In this document: positions 19,530 to 28,958 of the stretch, one piece after another
Position numbering within the stretch: position 1 is the first letter of the stretch
How the letters are laid out: every line of letters begins with the position of its first letter
The notes under the pieces: model-generated
Told to the model about the DNA's origin: nothing
The model's input: the letters and a program-made list of their open reading frames with translations, nothing else
The model's database searches: none
IMG/VR virus record: IMGVR_UViG_3300008111_000005
Location: 40,872 to 104,871 of that record
Direction: 5' to 3' (one strand)
From: a virus
Length of the DNA stretch: 64,000 nt
Program-made: the position numbers and the translations under genes

Positions 19530-19640
19530 TATAATTGCAGTTGTTTAGGAATATTTATTGCGGAAATAATTTCAATTTTATCATCTAATTTAACATGTAC
19601 CATTATAAAATATCCTTATGTCGCTTTGGATGAACCATAA

Positions 19641-20303
19641 TTAATCAGTTAAATAATTTAATGGGTAATTAAATGTAATAAAATCTTCGTGGAACAAATG
19701 CTCCGCCAACTCAATAAATTCAGGGTCAGTAAAGTCTAGGTTATTCAAAGGATCGGTTTCTATCAAGTCCAATGCTTCAAGTTTACTGATGTCATATGTA
19801 AAATTATTTGTTATCCAGTTATTAAATTCAGATATGTTTTCATATTTAAACACAGTGATTTCCGAACTGCTTGCCCAGAACTTTTGTGTTTTAAAGAATG
19901 CACCAATAAACCATTCAGATTGCGTATTAAATATTTCACTTAATGTGTTTCCTTTTGGTTGACAATTTCTATTGAAATTTTCATAGAAAAAAGTAACCAT
20001 ATTGTGAATAGTATCATGTGGAAGCACAAAAGAAATTCGCGGGTCTGTTGCTTTACGTTCAAACATATAACGTAAAGAAGAAATAAATCTATCAACAGGA
20101 TTTCTAACTACTGTGAAGTACTTAACAGAACTATCATTGACTGTTGATAATATACTGTATGATGAATGACCCAGTGGATAAAATTTATTAGCTTTCAATT
20201 CACTTGCAAATGATTCATCAAATAAACTGTTATATGCTTTCGTACCAGTTCGTGGTATTTTTACATAGCACCACTGGTTACCGTTCGTATCATTTATAAT
20301 CAT
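19641..20303 (-). CDS. sulfotransferase (Sulfotransfer_2-like)
   Basis: YVKIPRTGT, FTVVRNPVDRFISS, FKYEN, EDFITFNY. Confidence 0.75.
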   Translation of the reverse strand: MIINDTNGNQWCYVKIPRTGTKAYNSLFDESFASELKANKFYPLGHSSYSILSTVNDSSVKYFTVVRNPVDRFISSLRYMFERKATDPRISFVLPHDTIHNMVTFFYENFNRNCQPKGNTLSEIFNTQSEWFIGAFFKTQKFWASSSEITVFKYENISEFNNWITNNFTYDISKLEALDLIETDPLNNLDFTDPEFIELAEHLFHEDFITFNYPLNYLTD

Positions 20304-20656
20304 ATTCCGAGTTCCTTACGAATTTGGGTTGCACTAATTGATTCAATTTCATCATCCAACTTAATTTGTTCGACTTTATAACCAACATCACGACCATAGT
20401 ATACACCAGAAATATTTGGCAATTGCCAAATGGTATACTTACCTGCGTAATCTTGTTCTAAATCTTCGTGGATTCTAGAAATAACATCTTCGATTGGCAA
20501 TGGGTCTTTTTCGGTTGTTCCGTGAGTATCACGAACGCCGATACATACTTGTCCGGCAATAGACAAAATCTTTTCAAATAGAGCACGATGACCTCTGTGC
20601 CAGGGTTGATATCTTCCCACCATAAGTCCAGTGGGTGCTTTGGGGTTAAACTGCAT
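20300..20656 (-). CDS. HxGH nucleotidyltransferase (cytidylyltransferase/ATP-sulfurylase-like fold)
   Basis: GRYQPWHRGH, YGRDVGY, ISATQIRK. Confidence 0.75.
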   Translation of the reverse strand: MQFNPKAPTGLMVGRYQPWHRGHRALFEKILSIAGQVCIGVRDTHGTTEKDPLPIEDVISRIHEDLEQDYAGKYTIWQLPNISGVYYGRDVGYKVEQIKLDDEIESISATQIRKELGI

Positions 20657-21308
20657 GTTCACCTCTGTGTTTTTTCTTTAAGGTTTCACTAATTTTTCTT
20701 TTCGTTTCTTCCGATACATGTTTTGTTTTTCGTTGCCCACTTTTCCATGCATCTTTTTGTTTTTTTCGCATCATTTCTTTATTTTTTGGATTGCTCCAAA
20801 ATTCTTTAATTTTTTCTGATCGTTTTTGTATGGTTTCATCACTCTGTTTTTTTCCAGTTAAACTATCAGATATTTTATTTTTCCAATCTTCGGTTCTTCG
20901 TAAATTTGCTTCTTTTATTTTTTCACGAGTTTCCAGTGAATGTTTGTAATTTTTACTCAATCTACTTTTAGTCACTTTTTCAATATGCTCTTTTGTTTTG
21001 TATTTCATAGCATATGTTAGATTACCAGTTCCAAAACACCCTTCATTCAGCCAATTTGTGTTATGTATTAAATTACATTTCTTTATTAATTTTTGTTCCC
21101 ACGCAAATGCTTCTTCTGGGGTATCAAATAGTTTTCTAACCTCTGCTATAAAACTATCCTTACCATATGATTTTATTAAATCTTTTACTATTTTAGAACT
21201 TGAAAAATAAGTAATCCATAAATTTTCTGGATGTGAGTTTTTACCGTATTTTACACCATAGTATCGTTTTCCAGTGGGTATGTGAGTTAATAAATAAGTA
21301 TAAGCCAT
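20646..21308 (-). mobile_element. free-standing GIY-YIG homing endonuclease with NUMOD3-like repeats
   Basis: YTYLLTHIPTGKRYYG, YFSSS, repeats HSLETREKI / QSDETIQK / VSEETKRKIS; ATG 21308 with GGAG. Confidence 0.8.
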
Positions 21309-21383
21309 GTGTATCTCCAAAAATACCATATACTTATACTTATCATTAAGCCTCTCAAAAACACCGATTTTTACAAAAAATCA

Positions 21384-21821
21384 TTAACACTGTTGATGCT
21401 TTAGAATTAAATTGCATATTCTCTGTGCCTCTTCCTCTACGGGATTAAATTGTGTAATACGATCGTTATATTCGTTATCAGTAGGTACTTGCCACACTTT
21501 GTTAGTATCTTCAAACCGACCCTCTGTAATAGTGTCCATCCATACTGCAAAGTGTGGTTCGTAGATAGCACGGAGTTCTGCGGTTGGGGCCACGAAATCA
21601 GATACTACATATTGCACCCGACCCTCTTCCAAAATATTGTCGGACATGGTTCTCATACGAAGTGCTTGTCGTGCTCGTCCGGCAGGACTAAAATCCCAAT
21701 CTTCAAATGCTTTACGGATGGCGTCTGCGTTCAGATGACCTGCGTTTGGAAGTAACTTAACCAACTCTTGTGCTAATGTAGTTTTTCCAGAACCAGGTAA
21801 ACCAAATAGTAAAATTCTCAT
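21384..21821 (-). CDS. adenylylsulfate (APS) kinase-like protein
   Basis: GLPGSGKTT, LNADAIR, DWDFSPAGR, DFVAP. Confidence 0.75.
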   Translation of the reverse strand: MRILLFGLPGSGKTTLAQELVKLLPNAGHLNADAIRKAFEDWDFSPAGRARQALRMRTMSDNILEEGRVQYVVSDFVAPTAELRAIYEPHFAVWMDTITEGRFEDTNKVWQVPTDNEYNDRITQFNPVEEEAQRICNLILKHQQC

Positions 21822-22204
21822 GACCCCTCATCTAATTTAATATGTTTCTTTATTTTTGATTGAACAATTTTCGGATTATTTCTAATGTCATTTTCCCATA
21901 AACATAAAAATTTAAATCCCATCTGCTCAAATTTTTTCTTTCGTTCATTATCACGTTGCCAAATTTCTTCGGCTGTCTTTTTCTTACCTTTATTAAAATA
22001 GGAAGAAGTATATTGCTGCGGGTTACAGTGCCAAAAGTCACCATAACATTCCACGATATATTTTTTATTTACCAAAAAATCAACGGTGTATCTATCCACC
22101 GAAACTTGTTCTTCAAAAGGAAGATTAAGTCTTGTTAATATTGTAGAAACCGTTTGTTCAATTTTATTACTTGTACACTTAGTTTCTTTTTTCTTACGAC
22201 TCAT
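21818..22204 (-). CDS. Vsr/DUF559-like endonuclease
   Basis: VDFL, VECYGDFWH, RDNER, LWE. Confidence 0.75.
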   Translation of the reverse strand: MSRKKKETKCTSNKIEQTVSTILTRLNLPFEEQVSVDRYTVDFLVNKKYIVECYGDFWHCNPQQYTSSYFNKGKKKTAEEIWQRDNERKKKFEQMGFKFLCLWENDIRNNPKIVQSKIKKHIKLDEGS

Positions 22205-22773
22205 AAGTTATATTGTGTATTGAAACTCAACGTAATTCTCATATTGGTTTTATTTGGTGGAACGTAATGTTGAACCCAACTTGGAAATAATACTAACTGT
22301 CCTGTTTTCGACTCCACGTTTTCTATATTAGATGTATACATACCAGGTGCATCTTTTCTTGTATGCTGTACGTCCAACATTCTAAATCCTTCCGTTGCAC
22401 TTACAAATGTAATTGGTGCGCTTCCTTCGTCCACATAAGGATAATATGCTCCACTAATTACACTATCATAATGTCTATGAACACCAACAGAACCATTCAT
22501 ACTTAGAATATTCATCCAGCTTTCATAAATATAACTGGTGTGAATTCCAATTCTATTTGAGTACTCGTCAATACACTCTTGGAATTTATTGTATAATGGT
22601 TTTAGTGCGGGTATCTTACTTGGGTCTGCGTCACCACGAATTCCATCTACTAAACTATTCGTTGTGTATCCAATATTTTGTAATGCGTGGTTTACATCAT
22701 CGGTGACGAAATCCGATAAATTAAAAATTGCTACTGGTGTGGAAAATAACCATAGAGTATTTATTTCTGTCAT
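22201..22773 (-). CDS. Fe/2OG oxygenase (TIGR02466-like)
   Basis: SWMN, HRH, SGAYY, LVLFPSWVQHYV, RITLSFN. Confidence 0.8.
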   Translation of the reverse strand: MTEINTLWLFSTPVAIFNLSDFVTDDVNHALQNIGYTTNSLVDGIRGDADPSKIPALKPLYNKFQECIDEYSNRIGIHTSYIYESWMNILSMNGSVGVHRHYDSVISGAYYPYVDEGSAPITFVSATEGFRMLDVQHTRKDAPGMYTSNIENVESKTGQLVLFPSWVQHYVPPNKTNMRITLSFNTQYNL

Positions 22774-22782
22774 ATAGATTTC

Positions 22783-23133
22783 TTATGCGGAAAAACTACT
22801 TCCACATCCACATTTAGCAGTAGCGTTTGGATTTTTAAAGGTAAACCCAGATCCCATCATGTCTATGACATAATGAACCAATGTACCATTTAAGTAAGAG
22901 CTGGAAAAGGGGTCTATGACAATCTTCAATCCATTTTCCTGCTCTACAACAACATCATCCTCTTCTGGATTATCAATGATATTGAAGTTATACTTAAATC
23001 CCGAACAACCACCAGGTAATACCGAAATACGGAAATATTCACTATTTTCCGCTTCGGAAAACTTTTTCATTTCACCCAATGCCGCGTTGGTGAAGGTAAT
23101 ACTAAAATCAGCCGCCTGTTGAACCGAATCCAT
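22783..23133 (-). CDS. A-type Fe-S carrier (IscA/ErpA/HesB)
   Basis: GGCSGFKY, FKNPNA, CGCGSSF. Confidence 0.92.
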   Translation of the reverse strand: MDSVQQAADFSITFTNAALGEMKKFSEAENSEYFRISVLPGGCSGFKYNFNIIDNPEEDDVVVEQENGLKIVIDPFSSSYLNGTLVHYVIDMMGSGFTFKNPNATAKCGCGSSFSA

Positions 23134-23527
23134 TGCTCCCCCTTCCATCTTCCGATGTGAGTTCAGTAACCTCTTCTACTGCAAAATCCACTGTTGGTAT
23201 TAAGATTAGTTGTGCAATCTTGTCACCAATGTAAACTGTCTTAATATCTGGTCCACCGTTGTGTAATGCTACCTGAATTTCACCTGTATATCCGTTATCA
23301 ATTATACCCGCTACTACAAATAATTTTTTCTTCGTAGCGATGGAAGAACGATCACGAATAATACCACCATACCCAGCGGGAAATCCTATAGCGATACCGG
23401 TCTTTACCAATAATGTTTCATCTGGATATATTGAGACTTGTGCATTGGCGTATAAATCATACCCCAAATCTCCAGCGTGTGCTTTTGATGGGAGTATAGC
23501 CGTGTCATATAATCTTTGTACTTTCAA
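23108..23527 (-). CDS. dut: trimeric dUTPase
   Basis: GYDL, RSS, GIIDNGYTGEI, KIAQL, RGSNGFGSTG. Confidence 0.95.
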   Translation of the reverse strand: MKVQRLYDTAILPSKAHAGDLGYDLYANAQVSIYPDETLLVKTGIAIGFPAGYGGIIRDRSSIATKKKLFVVAGIIDNGYTGEIQVALHNGGPDIKTVYIGDKIAQLILIPTVDFAVEEVTELTSEDGRGSNGFGSTGG

Positions 23528-23556
23528 GTTAGTGCTCCTGATATAATTAGTTTTAA

Positions 23557-23835
23557 TTATTTGTCAAATTTACCATTTATAACATCATTAATTAATTCGG
23601 TATATCCAGCTTTTGAATTTGCACCTGTTAACGATACAACATCAATATCATTTTTAAAGATAATAATTGTTGGAACTGATCGAACTTTATACTGCGTTGC
23701 CAAATCAGGACTTGCATCAACATCAACTGTTTCAAATGTAACTGCTGGCATTTCTTCCTGCAATTGCTTAAAAATAGGAGCAATCATTTTACACGGCGCA
23801 CACCACGGTGCGGTAAATCTCATTACTTTAATCAT
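23557..23835 (-). CDS. thioredoxin
   Basis: WCAPCK, VRSVPT. Confidence 0.9.
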   Translation of the reverse strand: MIKVMRFTAPWCAPCKMIAPIFKQLQEEMPAVTFETVDVDASPDLATQYKVRSVPTIIIFKNDIDVVSLTGANSKAGYTELINDVINGKFDK

Positions 23836-23844
23836 ATTAACCTC

Positions 23845-26800
23845 TTAAAAATTAATTCGGATACCTGCTTGCATTTGCCAACGTGATAACAAATCATCGT
23901 ACTGATATGTTTTTACGGTTGGGTCGAAACTATACGTAGGTGTTCCACCCACTGCGCGTCCAGAACGGTATTGTAACGGATATACGTTTTGGTTATTGAG
24001 ATTAGGAACGAAATACGACCTGCCCCACGAATCATTCAGTAAATTACCAATATTCGCTATATCAAATGTATACTGCATTCTACCATGCGTTTCTGTTACA
24101 CGAACATCTACTCTATGGTTCCACGGTGTTCTTCCACCATTACGTTCCGTGTACTGTCCTCGACGACTGTTTAAATATACATCATTTGATATAAACTTGT
24201 CAAGGTCTGCCCAGATTTGTGCTTCCGTTCGTGTATCGGTTTGTCCAGTAGGTCGTGCTGAAGGGACCAATTTAATTTCCGAGGCGTTTCGTGGTACATA
24301 TAATAAGTCATTATGACTGGACCCATCTCCATTCAAATCACCCGAATACACATATGAGAACGGTGAACCAGATGCTCCTGTATACACTGCGGAAATTACG
24401 GTATTCTTTTTTACATTCCACGAGGCGTTAGACACGATTCTATGACGAACATCATAGTTGGACCATGTTAATTCATATTCATTAGCTTTCACTAATTGAT
24501 TATATTCTACGTGCGATTGAAATGAGTTACGTTGACCATTGGCCAAATCCTTTGCTTGACCATAGCTATACGCTGTCATCATATCCCACCGATTCCACTT
24601 TTTACTAAGATTTGCTGTTAAATTATACCGATATCCTAGATTGGTATTTTGTAATGCAAACACCGATGTGTAGGGATTTGTTGCCGTTGTGGACAATCGC
24701 GTTGAGGTGTATACAGGACGAGTATCAGCTCCTCCCAAATTACCCGCAGCTCCAGGTAATCCCACATTGGTGAATAAAATATCATTCAATGTTTTTGTAT
24801 AGGTTCCATCTAACACCAACAATGCATCACCAGGAAGTTTAATATCCAATGCCAAATTTCCACGTACCATTTGTGGTTGTACATATTTGTCCGTGATGAT
24901 GTTCATTTCATAGTTGGTTGTACTACTCACGGAACGTTGACGTAGTGGGTCAACAATTAAAGGAACTGTGGTTGTTGGTCGGGCATCCACATTTCCTACC
25001 ACCAAACCATTATGAATGAAGGGGTAAGCAAACCATGCGAATGGCATACGTCCTTGGAACAATCCTGCACCACCACGAACAGTAACTTTATTTGTTTCCC
25101 AAATGAATCCCGCACGAGGCGCAATCATTAATGACGTACCATAATTGTTAGTAAACTTGGTATATGGTTGTGTCCCGTCCGTTAATGTTAGATTGGTAAA
25201 CTCTGTCGCCTGTGTTGGTGTATCAATGATGTTCCAATCCGCACGAATGCCCAGACTTACTTTCAATCTGTCGGTTAGTGTAATTTCATCTTGCAGATAC
25301 ACGCTTGGTACTGCGATATTGAAATTCGCTCCAGGATTATTCAATACATAATCTAAACTGTTATCCGTTAAATCAAAAGTGGAACGAATACGATTAGGTC
25401 TGTTAGCAAAGAATGATGCAATGTTTGAATATTGCCAACGTCCCGCATATCCATTCACGAATGTGTACTGGACATTATAGAATTCATTGTGTGTACCCAA
25501 AGTAACTGTATGATTGTTCTTGGACCAGATTAAATTATCTGTGAGTTCAAACGTGCTAGTTCGGGTACGATACACCACGCCTTCACGATCTGCGCCAGCA
25601 TTAATTTGTCCAAATTGAATATCTTGGATTTCAATCTGTGGTGCGTATTCTGAACCGTAAGGGTCACGATGGTCATTTACCAACGAATATCCTGCTAGTA
25701 AACTATTGGACACACCCACACCTAATTGTGATTTCAACTCTGCTACTGTGCTCAATGTTCTACTGATGTGATTGAAATCTTGTGAGGCAAGTTTATTTAA
25801 TGCTTGACCACGTTCTAAATTACCTGCCGATGCATTAACAAAATTACTTCGAACTGTGAGAATGGAATTACCAACGTTCCAATCTAACCGCCCGAAGTAT
25901 TTTTCACTATTTGCCTGAATGTTGTATGCTCCAATCGTACCAGGATCAAAGTTTGATATACCTGATTTTGCTGCAAATGAAATTAAACTATCTTGAATTT
26001 GTTGTGCAATTTCTTTACTTAACAATGCACCTTGACTTCCTGGTGCGAATAGCACAGGGTCCGTTCTACGAGAAATTTCCGTATTGAAGAAATAGAACAA
26101 TTTATCTTTGATTACAGGACCACCAATACGACCGCCGAATTGATATTCATTGAATGATGATGGAATATCACCCGACAATCCATTTCCCACCAATTGCGGT
26201 GCTCTTCCAAAACTATAAATTGATCCTTCTTGTTTGTTTGTTCCCGAACGAGTCACCGCATTAACACTACCGCCTGTGAAGTTACCAATCTTTACATCAT
26301 ATGGAGCAATAGCAACAGACACTTGTTCGATAGCATCTAATGAAATAGGTTGGGTACGTGATAGTGAACCTGGGGTTCCAGTAGGTACAGATGCAGTAGA
26401 TTGACCAGATGACTGACTAAATCCGAATGCATCATTAGATGCTGCACCATCAATAGTTAAGTTGTTATACCGATAATTGGAACCTGCAAATGACACACCA
26501 TTACCTTGTGGTGTCATTCTGGTCATATCCTGCAAACTACGACCCAACGTTGGTAATACTTCCAACTTATCTCTATTTAACTGTGCAGTCACCCCATCTT
26601 TTCTTGCCTGCGCCGCTACATCGGAAACAACTTGTACACCCTCTAACTGTACAACAATCTTATCTAAAATAATTTCTTTATTAGTTGTTCTACCCAACTC
26701 AACGGAAATATCGCCCAAAGACTTTGGACGATATCCCAATGAAGTTATAGAAATAACATAAGGACTTCCTGGTTTCAGGTTAGTAATACTAAACTTACCG

Positions 26801-26985
26801 TATTCATTTGTACGTGTCATCACCTTTTGTGATGTTGGAACAAATGTGACTGTAACCGTTGCATTACTAATAACATTACCAGTATTATCTTTTGTTATAC
26901 CGCTTAAAGTTCCACTCGTAACCTGTGCGAAGGATGCGTTGGCGCACAATACTGTCAGCGCAAGAATGCTCTTCAAAAATCTCAT
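23845..26985 (-). CDS. TonB-dependent-type outer-membrane receptor (Oar-like, carboxypeptidase-regulatory-like N-domain)
   Basis: signal peptide ending ASFA-Q, N-terminal beta-sandwich, plug motifs IDGA..ND.FG and GGSVNAVTRSGTN, C-terminal GIRINF. Confidence 0.85.
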   Translation of the reverse strand: MRFLKSILALTVLCANASFAQVTSGTLSGITKDNTGNVISNATVTVTFVPTSQKVMTRTNEYGKFSITNLKPGSPYVISITSLGYRPKSLGDISVELGRTTNKEIILDKIVVQLEGVQVVSDVAAQARKDGVTAQLNRDKLEVLPTLGRSLQDMTRMTPQGNGVSFAGSNYRYNNLTIDGAASNDAFGFSQSSGQSTASVPTGTPGSLSRTQPISLDAIEQVSVAIAPYDVKIGNFTGGSVNAVTRSGTNKQEGSIYSFGRAPQLVGNGLSGDIPSSFNEYQFGGRIGGPVIKDKLFYFFNTEISRRTDPVLFAPGSQGALLSKEIAQQIQDSLISFAAKSGISNFDPGTIGAYNIQANSEKYFGRLDWNVGNSILTVRSNFVNASAGNLERGQALNKLASQDFNHISRTLSTVAELKSQLGVGVSNSLLAGYSLVNDHRDPYGSEYAPQIEIQDIQFGQINAGADREGVVYRTRTSTFELTDNLIWSKNNHTVTLGTHNEFYNVQYTFVNGYAGRWQYSNIASFFANRPNRIRSTFDLTDNSLDYVLNNPGANFNIAVPSVYLQDEITLTDRLKVSLGIRADWNIIDTPTQATEFTNLTLTDGTQPYTKFTNNYGTSLMIAPRAGFIWETNKVTVRGGAGLFQGRMPFAWFAYPFIHNGLVVGNVDARPTTTVPLIVDPLRQRSVSSTTNYEMNIITDKYVQPQMVRGNLALDIKLPGDALLVLDGTYTKTLNDILFTNVGLPGAAGNLGGADTRPVYTSTRLSTTATNPYTSVFALQNTNLGYRYNLTANLSKKWNRWDMMTAYSYGQAKDLANGQRNSFQSHVEYNQLVKANEYELTWSNYDVRHRIVSNASWNVKKNTVISAVYTGASGSPFSYVYSGDLNGDGSSHNDLLYVPRNASEIKLVPSARPTGQTDTRTEAQIWADLDKFISNDVYLNSRRGQYTERNGGRTPWNHRVDVRVTETHGRMQYTFDIANIGNLLNDSWGRSYFVPNLNNQNVYPLQYRSGRAVGGTPTYSFDPTVKTYQYDDLLSRWQMQAGIRINF

Positions 26986-27025
26986 AAATCTCCGATGTAT
27001 GGGTAATATAACCCGTTATTGTTTA

Positions 27026-28876
27026 TCAAACAACTTCACAGGCACCACCACCACATGCTACCTCGCCAGACAGATTAGTACCATCTACGAATTCTACTAC
27101 ATCGTCTAGGTTGATATCGTGTAAATGCCCAATAAGTTCATTATAGGTTTCTTCGTTTACATCTTCGAATGGTGCTTGAATATATGAGTGGTCGGAATAC
27201 GGGAGTACTGACAATGCTGTGAAGTTCTCACGGTTTTCCCACATCCACTCACCCACTTCTTGCCATTCACCATCCTTAATAGACACGGTAACGGATACAT
27301 TATTCTTATTTGCACCCTTACGATGACCTGGCTTCACCCATTCCTTCCATACCTTAGATACACGCTTCAACAAATCCAATGCGGATTCCTGACGAGTGAC
27401 CGCGCCTTCGGGTGCCTTTTGTGGCACTTCAATGACAGCTTGAAGATTTGGTTTAAAATACTCGTCTGTAATTAATTCTGGGTGATTAATTTTTAGATAG
27501 CTATAGATACTTTCATTCTTTCCAACACGGATACGACGAATGTAGTGCTTGTTATGCCAAGCGTGGATACCACTACTCGTACCCAAAACGAGGGACGATG
27601 TGCCTTCCGGCTTCACGGTTGTGCAACGGGCCGCTGGCATCGTACCAATTATGGACGATACACGTGCATTCTCTTCCTTTACCATATTTGCAGCTTCCTT
27701 CATGTCGAGTTTCAACACTCCACCCGATGCGATTCCAGTCATACTCACGCCGATTAACGCTTCCTTCTCCGTGGTTCTCTTCCATATATCTCTCAAATAG
27801 TGAAAATCTGTGTACGATGCTTGTAAAGTGCCAATAAATGCTGCTGCCTTTGCACGCGCATTCAAATCATCTTGATCAACAACATCACCAGCATGAATAG
27901 TGGTAAGATTACAGAATTGGAAAGGACGAAGTGAAATTTCTGCACACGGGTTCATGCCCCAATCCTTGTCATTTGTAAAGAAGAATCCAGGTTCACCAGA
28001 ACCAGAGAGTTCAATCTTCTTCCACAATTCAAAGAATGTTTCTTCTTCAACCTTTGAACGAACAATAACTGCGGAATTATTTGCACGACCACGTTGTGGA
28101 TTATTTTCCCACCAGTTGCCGAACTTACAAGTCAACATATCATCATCGTCAATGTCGAACAACGAAATCATAGCGGAACGACGAATTCCACCAGCAAGTA
28201 CAGCGTCAGCAATATAGCATAGAATATCGTGGACTTCAATTGTGGTGAGCTTTTCACCATTTTGCTTACGGTCAAGAACTTTTTGAACATTATGTAAACA
28301 ATCCTTTAATGGTTCTGGTCCTGGTGCCTTGCCACCGGAAGTGATAAGTTGTGCACCCTTTGGACGAATATCGGAAAAATCATATACTGGTAATGCCTTG
28401 CCCTTCATATACGCAGTAATCATTACCTTCACTGCATCTGCCCAACCTTCAATACTATCACCGACGAGATAACGACGGGACTTGGTGGGCTTATTAATTT
28501 CTGGGAGTTGCTCAATGTGATGACGTTGGACAGAATATCCTACACCTGTTCCAGACAACAACAGGAACATTACTTCACTGAATGCGTCTACATTATCAAT
28601 TGGTAAAAAGCAGCAATTGTATAAACGTGCATTGTTAATAGCAATTGGCTTACCAGCGAATTGTAAACTACGCATGGATGGAAGAATCTTTTTATCGTAA
28701 ACAAATTTATAGGCGCTTTCTATTTCATCCTTTAAGTTTGGATACTTCTCCAAATGCATTTCTTTATTTCTATCAACTAATTCTTTCCAGTTTTCTCTAC
28801 GTTGTAGTTCTGGATTATATTTTGCATACTTCATAAACACTGTAATATCACTTAAAATCTTTGCTTCAATCTGCAT
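27026..28876 (-). CDS. nrdJ: class II (B12-dependent) ribonucleotide reductase
   Basis: YNCCF, RRSA, NPCAEI, TTVKPEGT, C-terminal ACGGGACE; no small subunit nearby. Confidence 0.85.
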   Translation of the reverse strand: MQIEAKILSDITVFMKYAKYNPELQRRENWKELVDRNKEMHLEKYPNLKDEIESAYKFVYDKKILPSMRSLQFAGKPIAINNARLYNCCFLPIDNVDAFSEVMFLLLSGTGVGYSVQRHHIEQLPEINKPTKSRRYLVGDSIEGWADAVKVMITAYMKGKALPVYDFSDIRPKGAQLITSGGKAPGPEPLKDCLHNVQKVLDRKQNGEKLTTIEVHDILCYIADAVLAGGIRRSAMISLFDIDDDDMLTCKFGNWWENNPQRGRANNSAVIVRSKVEEETFFELWKKIELSGSGEPGFFFTNDKDWGMNPCAEISLRPFQFCNLTTIHAGDVVDQDDLNARAKAAAFIGTLQASYTDFHYLRDIWKRTTEKEALIGVSMTGIASGGVLKLDMKEAANMVKEENARVSSIIGTMPAARCTTVKPEGTSSLVLGTSSGIHAWHNKHYIRRIRVGKNESIYSYLKINHPELITDEYFKPNLQAVIEVPQKAPEGAVTRQESALDLLKRVSKVWKEWVKPGHRKGANKNNVSVTVSIKDGEWQEVGEWMWENRENFTALSVLPYSDHSYIQAPFEDVNEETYNELIGHLHDINLDDVVEFVDGTNLSGEVACGGGACEVV

Positions 28877-28958
28877 TTGCTTACTCCAAACTTACTCTAT
28901 GTTAAATGGTTATGGTAAAATAAATAGGTTGCTTCTGTCTGAAAAAATTATATGTTAC

